Notes under the pieces: model-generated
Told to the model about the DNA's origin: nothing
Databases searched by the model: none
Seen by the model: only the letters and a program-made list of their open reading frames with translations
Origin: an uncultured Clostridia bacterium
GTDB taxonomy: Bacteria; Bacillota; Clostridia; TANB77; UBA1234
Direction: 5' to 3'
DNA: 20,978 nt
Assembly (NCBI GenBank): GCA_947624765.1
Contig: CANQLS010000004.1
Span: forward strand, 1-20,978
Shown: in pieces, positions 13,333-20,978 of the stretch
Layout: the number at the start of each line of letters is the position of its first letter
How positions within the stretch are numbered: the first letter of the stretch is position 1
Position numbers and translations under genes: made by a program

Positions 13333-14034
13333 ATGAATAAGAAGATACTAATTGTAGATGATGATAAAAATATATGTGAGCTTTTAAGCCTTTATTTAAA
13401 AAATGAAGGATATCAGGTGGTATTTGCATATGACGGAAGTGAAGCCGTTACAAAGGCAAAAGAGGAAAAACCAAACTTAATTGTTTTAGATGTGATGATG
13501 CCAGTTATTAATGGCTGGGAAGCTTGCAAATTGATTAGACAATTTACAGATGTACCAATTATTATGCTTACTGCTTTAGATACATTAGAAAATAAGGTAC
13601 AAGGATTAAATATTGGGGCTGATGATTATATTGTAAAACCATTTGAACCAGTTGAAGTAGTTGCTAGGATTAATGCACATATGAGAAGGCAAGATGCAAA
13701 TACTGATAAAACTTCTGAGGCTACAGATGCTTCGGAAATAGAAGTAGACAATTTAAGCGTTAATATGGATAAATACGAAGTGAAGCTTAACGGAAAATTG
13801 GTAACTGATTTAAAACCAAAGGAAATTCAATTATTACATTTTTTTATGCTTAATAAAAATCAAGTTTTTACACGTGAACAGCTTTTAGATAAAGTTTGGG
13901 GATATGAATATTTTGGTGGTACAAGAACAGTTGATGTGCATATAAAAAGTGTAAGAGAAAAATTGAGTAGTAGTAAAAACAAATGGGAAATTAAAACAAT
14001 ATGGAATGTAGGATATAAATTTGAGATTCAGTAG
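13333..14034 (+). CDS. OmpR/PhoB-family response regulator
   Basis: Receiver domain (ILIVDDD, LIVLDVMMP, KPF) and a winged-helix output domain (LKPKEIQLLHFFMLNKNQVFTREQLLDKVWG...RTVDVHIKSVREKL). SD GGTGAG lies 7 nt upstream of the ATG. Confidence 0.9.
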   Translation: MNKKILIVDDDKNICELLSLYLKNEGYQVVFAYDGSEAVTKAKEEKPNLIVLDVMMPVINGWEACKLIRQFTDVPIIMLTALDTLENKVQGLNIGADDYIVKPFEPVEVVARINAHMRRQDANTDKTSEATDASEIEVDNLSVNMDKYEVKLNGKLVTDLKPKEIQLLHFFMLNKNQVFTREQLLDKVWGYEYFGGTRTVDVHIKSVREKLSSSKNKWEIKTIWNVGYKFEIQ

Positions 14035-14049
14035 TAGATAGGGGATTGT

Positions 14050-15441
14050 ATGTTTAAAAGTATATATTTGAGATTGGTTACAACATATTTAACATTGTTT
14101 TTAGTAATTATTTTGCTTATATCTTTTTTTACTCTTAGTATTTTTTATAAAGAGTTTGCCAATCAAGCTGAGCAAAATTTATTAAATGCAGGTATTAGAA
14201 CAAATGCATTAATGACAAGATATTATGATAATGAAATTTCTAAGGTGGAATTAACATCTTGGATTAATGCAATGAGTTATATTTCTAATATCAAAATTTA
14301 TATACTTAATCCTGATACAAGTGTTTTACATCAAGTTTCTAATGAAGAGGAAATGTCTATTAGTGAACAAATAAGAGCCGATATTAAGTCTGTTATGGAG
14401 GGCGAAACGGTTAAAAGAATGAGCCCTTTCAAAATGGATACTGGTAGCGAGATTGTGTATGTGGGAATGCCACTTACTTATAATGATAAAATTAGTGGTA
14501 TTATTATGTTATTCTCACCATTTACAGAGTTAAATGCAATTTTAAAGCAAGCACTTTTAACTATTGGTGCAGTGATTTTGATTTCTATATTAATTTGTAC
14601 ACTTGCAATTTTAAGAATATCTATAAAAATATCTGAACCAATCCGCGTAATTAGTGATTATGCTAAAAAAATTGGTAAAGGCGAAGAAGTACCAGATATT
14701 GAAATTAATTCTAAAGATGAAATTGGTATGCTGGCACAATCATTTAATGAAATGAAGAAAGAGATTTCTGTAGCTGAGCAAATGAGAAGAGAAATTGTTG
14801 CAAATGTTTCACATGAACTAAGGACCCCACTTACTTCTATTATAGGATTTATTAAAGGTATTTTAGATGGTGTTATTAGTAAAGAAGATGAAAACAAATA
14901 TTTATCGATTGCTTATGAAGAAGCTAATCGATTAAAAGAATTAACAAAAGATATTGTAGATGTTGCAAAATTAGAATCTGGAAGTACAAAGTTATATAAA
15001 GAAGAATTTGTATTAAATGAATTAGCAAAAGATGTATATTTAGAATTGGAAGAATTAGTTAAAGAAAAAAATCTTGATTTTATTTTAGACGAAAAAGATG
15101 AAAATATTGTTATTAATGCAGATAAAGCTAGAATAAGACAAGTGTTGATAAATGTTATTAATAATTCTATTAAATTTACAAATGAAGGATATATTAAATT
15201 AACAATAGAAAAATATTTAGATAAGGTTAAAATCGAAGTTGAAGATACTGGTATAGGCATTCAAAAGGATAAAATTTCTTATTTATTTAATAAATTTTAT
15301 ACTGCAAATGACTATGGTAATGCAACTTCTGGCGCTGGACTTGGTCTAAATATTGTGAAGAATATTATTGATATGCACGAAGGAAAAGTAAGTGTTGAAA
15401 GCACGCTTAACAAAGGAACAATAGTTACAATTATTATTTAG
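14050..15441 (+). CDS. Sensor histidine kinase (2 TM, ~130-aa extracytoplasmic loop, HAMP, HisKA, HATPase_c; no PAS domain seen)
   Basis: H-box VSHELRTPLTSIIGF, N-box INVINNSIKFT, G1 VEDTGIGI, F-box FNKFYTA, G2 GAGLGLNIVKNII. TM helices lie near residues 10-33 and 168-190. Confidence 0.9.
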   Translation: MFKSIYLRLVTTYLTLFLVIILLISFFTLSIFYKEFANQAEQNLLNAGIRTNALMTRYYDNEISKVELTSWINAMSYISNIKIYILNPDTSVLHQVSNEEEMSISEQIRADIKSVMEGETVKRMSPFKMDTGSEIVYVGMPLTYNDKISGIIMLFSPFTELNAILKQALLTIGAVILISILICTLAILRISIKISEPIRVISDYAKKIGKGEEVPDIEINSKDEIGMLAQSFNEMKKEISVAEQMRREIVANVSHELRTPLTSIIGFIKGILDGVISKEDENKYLSIAYEEANRLKELTKDIVDVAKLESGSTKLYKEEFVLNELAKDVYLELEELVKEKNLDFILDEKDENIVINADKARIRQVLINVINNSIKFTNEGYIKLTIEKYLDKVKIEVEDTGIGIQKDKISYLFNKFYTANDYGNATSGAGLGLNIVKNIIDMHEGKVSVESTLNKGTIVTIII

Positions 15442-15471
15442 ACTAAAAATAATAGAAAGGCGGAAGGATAA

Positions 15472-15915
15472 GTGAATAATATTTTTAAATTTATTAGTAC
15501 CATTTTAATGGTTATCTTAATACTTATCTTAGTTTGGGTTCTTGTATCTTATTACAGAGAAGAACCTGTTACGTTTGTGTCGCCTACTAATAATATTAAT
15601 GTTGTAAGTACTGATCAAGTAGGTTCTATTGTAGATGAATTAGGAAAAGATGACAACAATACTCCAATTGATGATGTTACACCAATTGAAAATAATAAAA
15701 CATCTGAAGATAATTCACAAGAAAATATTCCAACTGAGCCAAATACAACAGATCCTTTGGTAATAGAATCTACTATTCCAACTTCTAATTCGGAAAAACA
15801 AGAAATTTTATCGGAAATTGATAAAACATTAATGGAGTTATTAGAAGTTGTTGATAAAGTTAAACCAATTGATGAAACTCGCTTAGAAGGTGGAGAAAGC
15901 GAGGTGCAAGAGTGA
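15472..15915 (+). CDS. Single-pass membrane protein with an acidic, N/T/P/E-rich extracytoplasmic tail (hypothetical)
   Basis: GTG start follows GGAAGGA. N-terminal TM helix ISTILMVILILILVWVLVSYY. The stop overlaps the next gene's start (GTGA, 15912-15915). Confidence 0.6.
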   Translation: MNNIFKFISTILMVILILILVWVLVSYYREEPVTFVSPTNNINVVSTDQVGSIVDELGKDDNNTPIDDVTPIENNKTSEDNSQENIPTEPNTTDPLVIESTIPTSNSEKQEILSEIDKTLMELLEVVDKVKPIDETRLEGGESEVQE

Positions 15916-16418
15916 AAAAGATAGCACTTTGCTTTATGATTATGACTTTATTTCTATTAGGAAGTTGTGTATTAGCTACAGAAGGTGAAACAGAAGATGA
16001 TGCACATATACCTTCTATGTCGGTTGAAGAATTTGTTATTATGACACAAGCAAAACAGGCTAAGGTAGATATTATTAAGAAAAACAACGTTGAAATGCAA
16101 GACTTAAAAGAAGAATTAAAAGAAAAAATTGTAAAGGCAGCAGAGAAGATTAATGCAATGAAAATTGAAATATCGCAAAATACTGTAGTTATAACAGAAG
16201 AACAGTTATCAGAATTAAAAGAACTCTTGCAATTTTTACAAGATTCGAAAGATACACTAGAAGTAGATGTAGAACGAACTTTAAGTGATATTGATAAAAT
16301 TTTAGATTTAATAGTAACAAAAGGTATGCAATTAGAACAATATGATAAATTGATAGAAAAACAAAATGATGTAATTGTGAAAATGAAAACAGTAATGGCT
16401 ACGGTGGAAAAAATATAA
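15912..16418 (+). CDS. Putative lipoprotein or secreted coiled-coil protein (hypothetical)
   Basis: Signal peptide MKKIALCFMIMTLFLLGSC with a lipobox-like L-G-S-C, then a helical K/E-rich region. The GTG start overlaps the upstream stop by 4 nt. Confidence 0.6.
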   Translation: MKKIALCFMIMTLFLLGSCVLATEGETEDDAHIPSMSVEEFVIMTQAKQAKVDIIKKNNVEMQDLKEELKEKIVKAAEKINAMKIEISQNTVVITEEQLSELKELLQFLQDSKDTLEVDVERTLSDIDKILDLIVTKGMQLEQYDKLIEKQNDVIVKMKTVMATVEKI

Positions 16419-16428
16419 GGAGAATACA

Positions 16429-17337
16429 ATGGGGTTTTTTGAAAAATTAAAACAGGGATTAACTAAAACAAAAGAAGCAATAAGTAATCAAATTAATAAT
16501 GTATTTAGTAATTTTAGAAAAGTAGACGAGGAGTTGCTTGAAGAACTAGAAGAAGCTTTAATTATGTCAGATGTAGGTGTAGAAACATCTGTAAAGATTA
16601 TTGATAATCTAAGAAATAGAATTAAATTAGAAAAAGTAGAAGATGCCGATAAGGTAAAAGAAGTTTTAAAAGAAGAAATCGCAAAGATTTTAAGTGAAAA
16701 AGATACAACACTTCATTTAGAAAATACGCCGGCTGTTATCTTAGTAGTTGGTGTAAATGGAGCAGGTAAGACTACGTCTATAGGTAAAATGGCAGCTAAT
16801 TTAAAAGCTGACGGGAAAAAAGTTTTAGTTGCAGCTGCAGATACATTTAGGGCTGCAGCAATTGATCAATTAGAGGTTTGGACTAACCGCGCACAAGTCG
16901 ATTTATTAAAACGTCCAGAAGGCTCTGATCCTGCATCTGTTGTATTTGATGCTGCAAGAAAAGCTAAAGAAGATAATTATGATGTTTTAATTGTAGACAC
17001 AGCAGGAAGGCTTCATAGTAAGAAAAATTTAATGGACGAATTAGGAAAAATGCAACGAGTGTTAGAAAAAGAATTACCAACTTCTTCACAAGAGGTACTT
17101 ATTGTGTTAGACGGTACAACGGGCCAAAATGCTCTAATACAAGCGAAAGAATTTGCTGAAGTAACAAATATTACAGGAATTATTTTAACAAAATTAGACG
17201 GTACTGCAAAAGGTGGTGTAGTAATAGGGATTTGTTCCGAATTAAATATGCCAGTTAAATTCATTGGAGTAGGAGAGCAAATTTCAGATTTGCAAGTATT
17301 TAATCCAAAAGATTTTGCAAATGCATTGTTAGAATAA
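16429..17337 (+). CDS. ftsY: Signal recognition particle receptor FtsY
   Basis: NG domain with GVNGAGKTTSIGK (G1), DTAGRLH (G3), TKLDGTAKGG (G4) and a C-terminal GVGE...DLQVF. 302 aa, short form without an acidic A domain. Confidence 0.92.
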   Translation: MGFFEKLKQGLTKTKEAISNQINNVFSNFRKVDEELLEELEEALIMSDVGVETSVKIIDNLRNRIKLEKVEDADKVKEVLKEEIAKILSEKDTTLHLENTPAVILVVGVNGAGKTTSIGKMAANLKADGKKVLVAAADTFRAAAIDQLEVWTNRAQVDLLKRPEGSDPASVVFDAARKAKEDNYDVLIVDTAGRLHSKKNLMDELGKMQRVLEKELPTSSQEVLIVLDGTTGQNALIQAKEFAEVTNITGIILTKLDGTAKGGVVIGICSELNMPVKFIGVGEQISDLQVFNPKDFANALLE

Positions 17338-17353
17338 ATTGAAAAGAATTGTT

Positions 17354-17388
17354 AAAAATACTCATTAGGTGATTTAATGAGTATTTTT
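17354..17388 (+). terminator. Rho-independent terminator hairpin after ftsY, overlapping the next gene's SD and ATG
   Basis: Perfect 13-bp stem AAAATACTCATTA (17355-17367) / TAATGAGTATTTT (17375-17387). The loop is GGTGATT, and a T-run covers 17384-17388. Confidence 0.6.
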
Positions 17389-17658
17389 CATAGTAAATTA
17401 GAAAAGAAGATTGATAAACTCTCTCAAAAAATTGAGATGATAAAAATAAATGAATATGTATTATTAATGCAGGATACAAAAAAACTTCTATGGAAAAATT
17501 TTTTAGCAGGAATAAGTAGAGGAATTGGTTCAGCAATTGGTTTTACTATTTTAGGTGCAATAGTATTACTTATTTTGCGAAAGCTTGTATTACTTAACAT
17601 ACCTGTCATTGGTAATTTTATAAAAGACATTATTGAAATTGTGGAGCAAAGAAAATAA
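17377..17658 (+). CDS. Small membrane protein, DUF5665-like
   Basis: 93 aa with the motif NFLAGISRGIGSAIGFTILGAIVLLIL..LNIPVIG. This matches my recollection of the small DUF5665 family often found next to ftsY in Clostridia. Confidence 0.6.
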   Translation: MSIFHSKLEKKIDKLSQKIEMIKINEYVLLMQDTKKLLWKNFLAGISRGIGSAIGFTILGAIVLLILRKLVLLNIPVIGNFIKDIIEIVEQRK

Positions 17659-17741
17659 TGTACGACTTGGTCAAAACATATTATCAAAATATTGGTATTA
17701 TGATATACTAATACAAACATTCCAAATTTGAGGAGGAATAT

Positions 17742-19442
17742 ATGAAAAAAAATTTGTCCGTTATGGAGCCAGATAAATTTGATAATATGAAAGAATTAAT
17801 ACAAAATACAGTCAAAAAGTATCCTAATGATTTAGCCTTCAAATTGAAAATTAAAGATGGTAAATATCGTGAAATTACATATACAGAGTTTTATGAAAAT
17901 ATAGTATCATTTGGAGCATATCTTTTGGAAAAAGGTTATCAAGGTAAAAAGATAGCTTTGATTGGAAGAAATCGTTATGAATGGCTTCTTTCATATTTTG
18001 CAACACTTTGTGGTGTAGGAATTATCGTGCCTTTAGATAAAGGTCTTCCGCCTCAAGAAATTTCTTCTTCACTTAAGCGTAGCAATTGTGAAGTTATAAT
18101 TTTCGAATCTAAATATGAAGAAGTTATGAAAAATATTAAAGAAAATGAAAATACTACCGTAAAAGAATTTATTTGCATGGACGATAAAACAGAATTCATG
18201 CCTATTTCACGTTGCTTAGAAGAAGGAAGAAAATTATCACATAAAAAGTATTTAAATCAAAAAATAGATTCTGATGCACCAACTATTCATTTATATACTT
18301 CTGGAACTACTTCATCTTCAAAAGCAGTTATGCTTTCTCAAAAAAATGTAACTTCTAACGTAAGAGCTTTGTCATCTGCAGTAAAAAAACAAGAAAATGA
18401 TGTTGTAATTGCATTTTTACCTTTTCATCATACACTTGGTATGATAGGCACATTATATTGTTTGGCTTATGGAGTGCCACTTGTATTTTGTGATGGTTTA
18501 AGATACATTAAGCAAAACTTAGTTGAGTACGGTGTTACTGTATTTATATCAGTTCCACTTATTATTGAAAGTATGTATCAAAAAATTATGCAAGAGGTAG
18601 AGAAACAAGGAAAACTAAAAAAATTGAAATTTGGTATGATGATTTCAAAATTTTTGCAAAAGTTTGGAATTGATATAAGAAGAAAGTTATTTCAAGATGT
18701 TCTTAATGGCTTAGGCGGTAGATTAAGATTAATTGTAAATGGTGGAGCGGCAATTGAAAGAACTGCTTTGGAGGGCTTTAGAAATTTTGGTATAGAAACT
18801 TTGCAAGGCTATGGTTTAACTGAAACATCACCTATTTTAACTGTAGAGAGAATTGGAGAAACGAAACGCGACTCAGTAGGATATCCATTACCAGAGGTTG
18901 AAGTTGCAATTGAAAATCCAGATGAAAATGGTGTAGGCGAAATTAAAGCAAAAGGTCCTAACATTATGAAAGGCTATTATGAAAATGAAGAAATGACAAA
19001 TGAAGTATTAAAGGACGGTTGGTTTTATACAGGCGATTTGGGACGTATTGATAAAGATGGATTTTTATACATAACAGGCAGAAAGAAAAATGTTATTGTT
19101 TTGAAGAATGGAAAGAATGTATTTCCTGAAGAGTTAGAAACAGAATTATTGGGTTATCCTTATATTCTTGAAGCATTAGTTTATGATGTAATAGATAAAG
19201 AAAAAAATGTTACGCTAGGTGCAAAAATTGTATATAATAAGGAAATGTTTGCTGATAAAACGCCAGAAGAAATACAATCATTAATTTGGAAAGACATTAA
19301 AGATTTTAATAAAACAATGACAAACTATAAACATATTCAAGAAATTATTGTAACAGATGAACCAATGGAAAAGACTAGTACGAATAAGATTAAGAGATTT
19401 GTTGAGATAGAGAAGATTAGAAATTTAATGAATAATGGATAA
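17742..19442 (+). CDS. Long-chain acyl-CoA synthetase (AMP-forming), paralog of 10328..12001
   Basis: Same motif set as the paralog (LYTSGTTSSSKAVMLSQKN, YGLTETSP, TGDLGRIDKDGFLYITGRKKNVI, TNKIKR). A strong SD GAGGAGG lies upstream. The two proteins align along their full length. Confidence 0.85.
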   Translation: MKKNLSVMEPDKFDNMKELIQNTVKKYPNDLAFKLKIKDGKYREITYTEFYENIVSFGAYLLEKGYQGKKIALIGRNRYEWLLSYFATLCGVGIIVPLDKGLPPQEISSSLKRSNCEVIIFESKYEEVMKNIKENENTTVKEFICMDDKTEFMPISRCLEEGRKLSHKKYLNQKIDSDAPTIHLYTSGTTSSSKAVMLSQKNVTSNVRALSSAVKKQENDVVIAFLPFHHTLGMIGTLYCLAYGVPLVFCDGLRYIKQNLVEYGVTVFISVPLIIESMYQKIMQEVEKQGKLKKLKFGMMISKFLQKFGIDIRRKLFQDVLNGLGGRLRLIVNGGAAIERTALEGFRNFGIETLQGYGLTETSPILTVERIGETKRDSVGYPLPEVEVAIENPDENGVGEIKAKGPNIMKGYYENEEMTNEVLKDGWFYTGDLGRIDKDGFLYITGRKKNVIVLKNGKNVFPEELETELLGYPYILEALVYDVIDKEKNVTLGAKIVYNKEMFADKTPEEIQSLIWKDIKDFNKTMTNYKHIQEIIVTDEPMEKTSTNKIKRFVEIEKIRNLMNNG

Positions 19443-19479
19443 TTCATAATTTACTATATCTTTGGGGGGAATAAGAAAA

Positions 19480-20739
19480 ATGAAAATTGGTTTTGTGTCA
19501 TTAGGCTGTAGTAAAAATTTAGTTGATACAGAAAGAATGATAACATATTACAAAGAACAAGGTTATGAGGTGGTTAATATTCCACAAGAAGCAGATATTA
19601 TTGTGGTTAATACTTGTGGATTTATTGAAAGTGCAAAAAAAGAAGCAATTGATACAATTTTAGAAATGGCAGATTATAAAAATAATGGAAATTGTAAAAA
19701 GCTTATCGTGACAGGTTGTTTAGTGGAACGATATTATGAAGAACTACAAAAGGAATTACCAGAAGTAGATTTATTTATTCCGCTTCGTGATTATATGAAC
19801 GCTTTTCAAAATTTAGAAAAATATGAGAGGCAAATTACTACAGGAGAAAATTATGCATATCTTAAAATTGCAGAAGGATGTAGTAATAATTGTACATATT
19901 GTGCAATCCCGTTAATTAGAGGTCCTTATATTAGTAGACCGATGAATGATATTTTAGAAGAAGCAAAAACATTATCACAAAAAGGAATTCAAGAAATTAT
20001 TGTTATTGCACAGGACACAACTAAATATGGAATTGACTTATATGGAGAAAGTAAATTGCCTGAACTATTACAAGAGTTGTGCAAGTTTAATTTTAAATGG
20101 ATTCGTTTTTTATATGCTTATCCAGAAAGCATTACAGAAGAATTAATTCAAGTTGTAAAAAATAATCCAAAGATTTGCCATTACTTTGACATTCCTGTTC
20201 AACATATTTCTGACACTGTTTAGAAACGAATGAGTAGAAAAACGACAGGCGAAAGAATAAAAAATATTATTAAAAAAATACGTGAGGAAATTCCAGATGT
20301 TATTTTGAGAACATCATTAATAGTAGGTTTTCCTGGAGAAACTGAAGATGATTTTGAGGAATTAAAAAAATTTGTAAAAGATACAAAATGGGATAGATTA
20401 GGTGTATTTCCTTATTCAGCAGAAGATGGTACACCAGCAATAAAATTAAAAGAACATATTGATGATAAAACAAAACAAAAACGTTATCGTGAAATTATGC
20501 GAATACAAAAACGTATTTCTAATAAAAAGAATCAAGAGATGTTAGAAAAAGAATTATCTTGCATGATAGAAAATGAAACTGATGACGGAAAATATTATAT
20601 TGGAAGATCTTATCGTGATGTACCAGATGAAGATGGTGTAGTATTCATAAAAAAAGATAAAAAACATAAAAGTAAAGACTTTGTGAAAGTTCTAGTTACA
20701 GACTCAGCCGATTATGATTTAGTTGGTATTGAAAAGTAA
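19480..20739 (+). pseudogene. rimO: Ribosomal protein S12 methylthiotransferase RimO interrupted by an in-frame TAG
   Basis: MTTase N-domain (MKIGFVSLGCSKNLVD...VVNTCGFI), radical-SAM CxxxCxxC (CSNNCTYCAIP) and a C-terminal TRAM-like domain. ORFs 19462..20223 and 20230..20739 are in the same frame, separated only by TAG 20221-20223. That TAG lies within QHISDTV-stop-KRMSR, where homologs have Leu. SD GGGGGGA precedes ATG 19480. Confidence 0.85.
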
Positions 20740-20795
20740 CATTGTTAATCAATTAAGAAAATATATTAATATATATGAAAGGAATGATTTTAAAA

Positions 20796-20978
20796 ATGAA
20801 TTTACCAAATAAGATTACTGTTTTTAGAATTCTATTAATACCTGTTATCATCATTGTTTCATTGATACCACAGACAAGTGTAGCCTTTTGGGGCATTACT
20901 TATTCTAATTTACTCATTTTAATATTATTTTTAATTGCTTCATTCACTGATTTTTTAGATGGATACTTGGCTAGAAAA
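20796..20978 (+). CDS. pgsA: CDP-diacylglycerol--glycerol-3-phosphate 3-phosphatidyltransferase, 5' part (runs off window)
   Basis: MNLPNKITVFRILLIPVIII...FLIASFTDFLDGYLARK is the typical PgsA N-terminus, including the start of the CDP-alcohol phosphatidyltransferase motif (D.LDG.lAR). In-frame ATGs at 20775 and 20784 are alternative starts. rimO-pgsA adjacency is common in Firmicutes. Confidence 0.8.
   Translation, partial: MNLPNKITVFRILLIPVIIIVSLIPQTSVAFWGITYSNLLILILFLIASFTDFLDGYLARK

Noticed and set aside
13114-13429. Two minus-strand ORFs (60 and 74 aa) in the long leader upstream of the response regulator
   Set aside because: No SD and no recognisable family. One overlaps the regulator's start region antisense. 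The region is better explained as a structured + strand leader.
14658-16429. Minus-strand ORFs 14658..14897, 14913..15260 and 15860..16429 (79-189 aa)
   Set aside because: All are antisense to the histidine kinase and the envelope-protein genes and have serine/isoleucine-rich junk composition. The + strand genes carry unambiguous motifs. The same reasoning applies to the other minus-strand ORFs in the track (1583, 6871, 7530, 11134, 11791, 12088, 17013, 17300, 17424).
20221-20223. TAG as a reassigned or pyrrolysine codon
   Set aside because: TAG is used as the apparent genuine stop of several well-delimited genes here (ends at 1658, 6051, 10312, 14034, 15441). No pyl genes are visible in the window. 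A point nonsense mutation or an error is the simpler reading.

Overview
AT-rich window (by eye well under 35% GC) that looks like a low-GC Firmicutes (Clostridia-type) chromosome. Every credible gene is on the + strand, and all minus-strand ORFs in the track look like antisense shadows. I saw no rRNA, tRNA, CRISPR array, transposase or integrase. The left third (1-7.2 kb) is an accessory patchwork: remnants of an aldo/keto reductase and a flavodoxin-like reductase, a ParE/RelE-type toxin-antitoxin pair, two GNAT acetyltransferases, a TetR-controlled cluster (carboxymuconolactone decarboxylase family, TetR, membrane-anchored flavodoxin fused to a truncated amidohydrolase), VanZ, a frameshifted DUF3841-like gene and a MazG-like NTP pyrophosphohydrolase. 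Next come an FprA flavodiiron protein, an orphan K/E-rich coiled-coil protein, a TetR plus acyl-CoA synthetase operon, an orphan ~250-aa protein, an OmpR-family response regulator and histidine kinase with two coupled envelope proteins, ftsY, a small DUF5665-like membrane protein, a second acyl-CoA synthetase paralog, rimO carrying an in-frame TAG, and the start of pgsA. Main hunting results: (1) two arrays of four 11-bp-phased TTACA-core hexamers (PhoP/WalR-type response-regulator boxes) in inverted orientation, bracketing the orphan gene and sitting upstream of the two-component operon; (2) a ~320-nt structured leader with a strong-SD micro-ORF ahead of the response regulator; (3) a ~95-100-bp repeat with a conserved hairpin and GC-containing loop, whose second copy carries the last five codons of a lost GNAT gene; (4) a hairpin-split ribosome binding site; (5) an ftsY terminator hairpin that sequesters the SD and ATG of the next gene; (6) an unusual density of gene lesions (deletion fusions, frameshift, start loss, nonsense codon). 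I could not recognise a clear novel multi-gene system such as a defence system. The orphan gene plus box arrays plus two-component system plus envelope proteins is the best candidate for an undescribed regulatory module.
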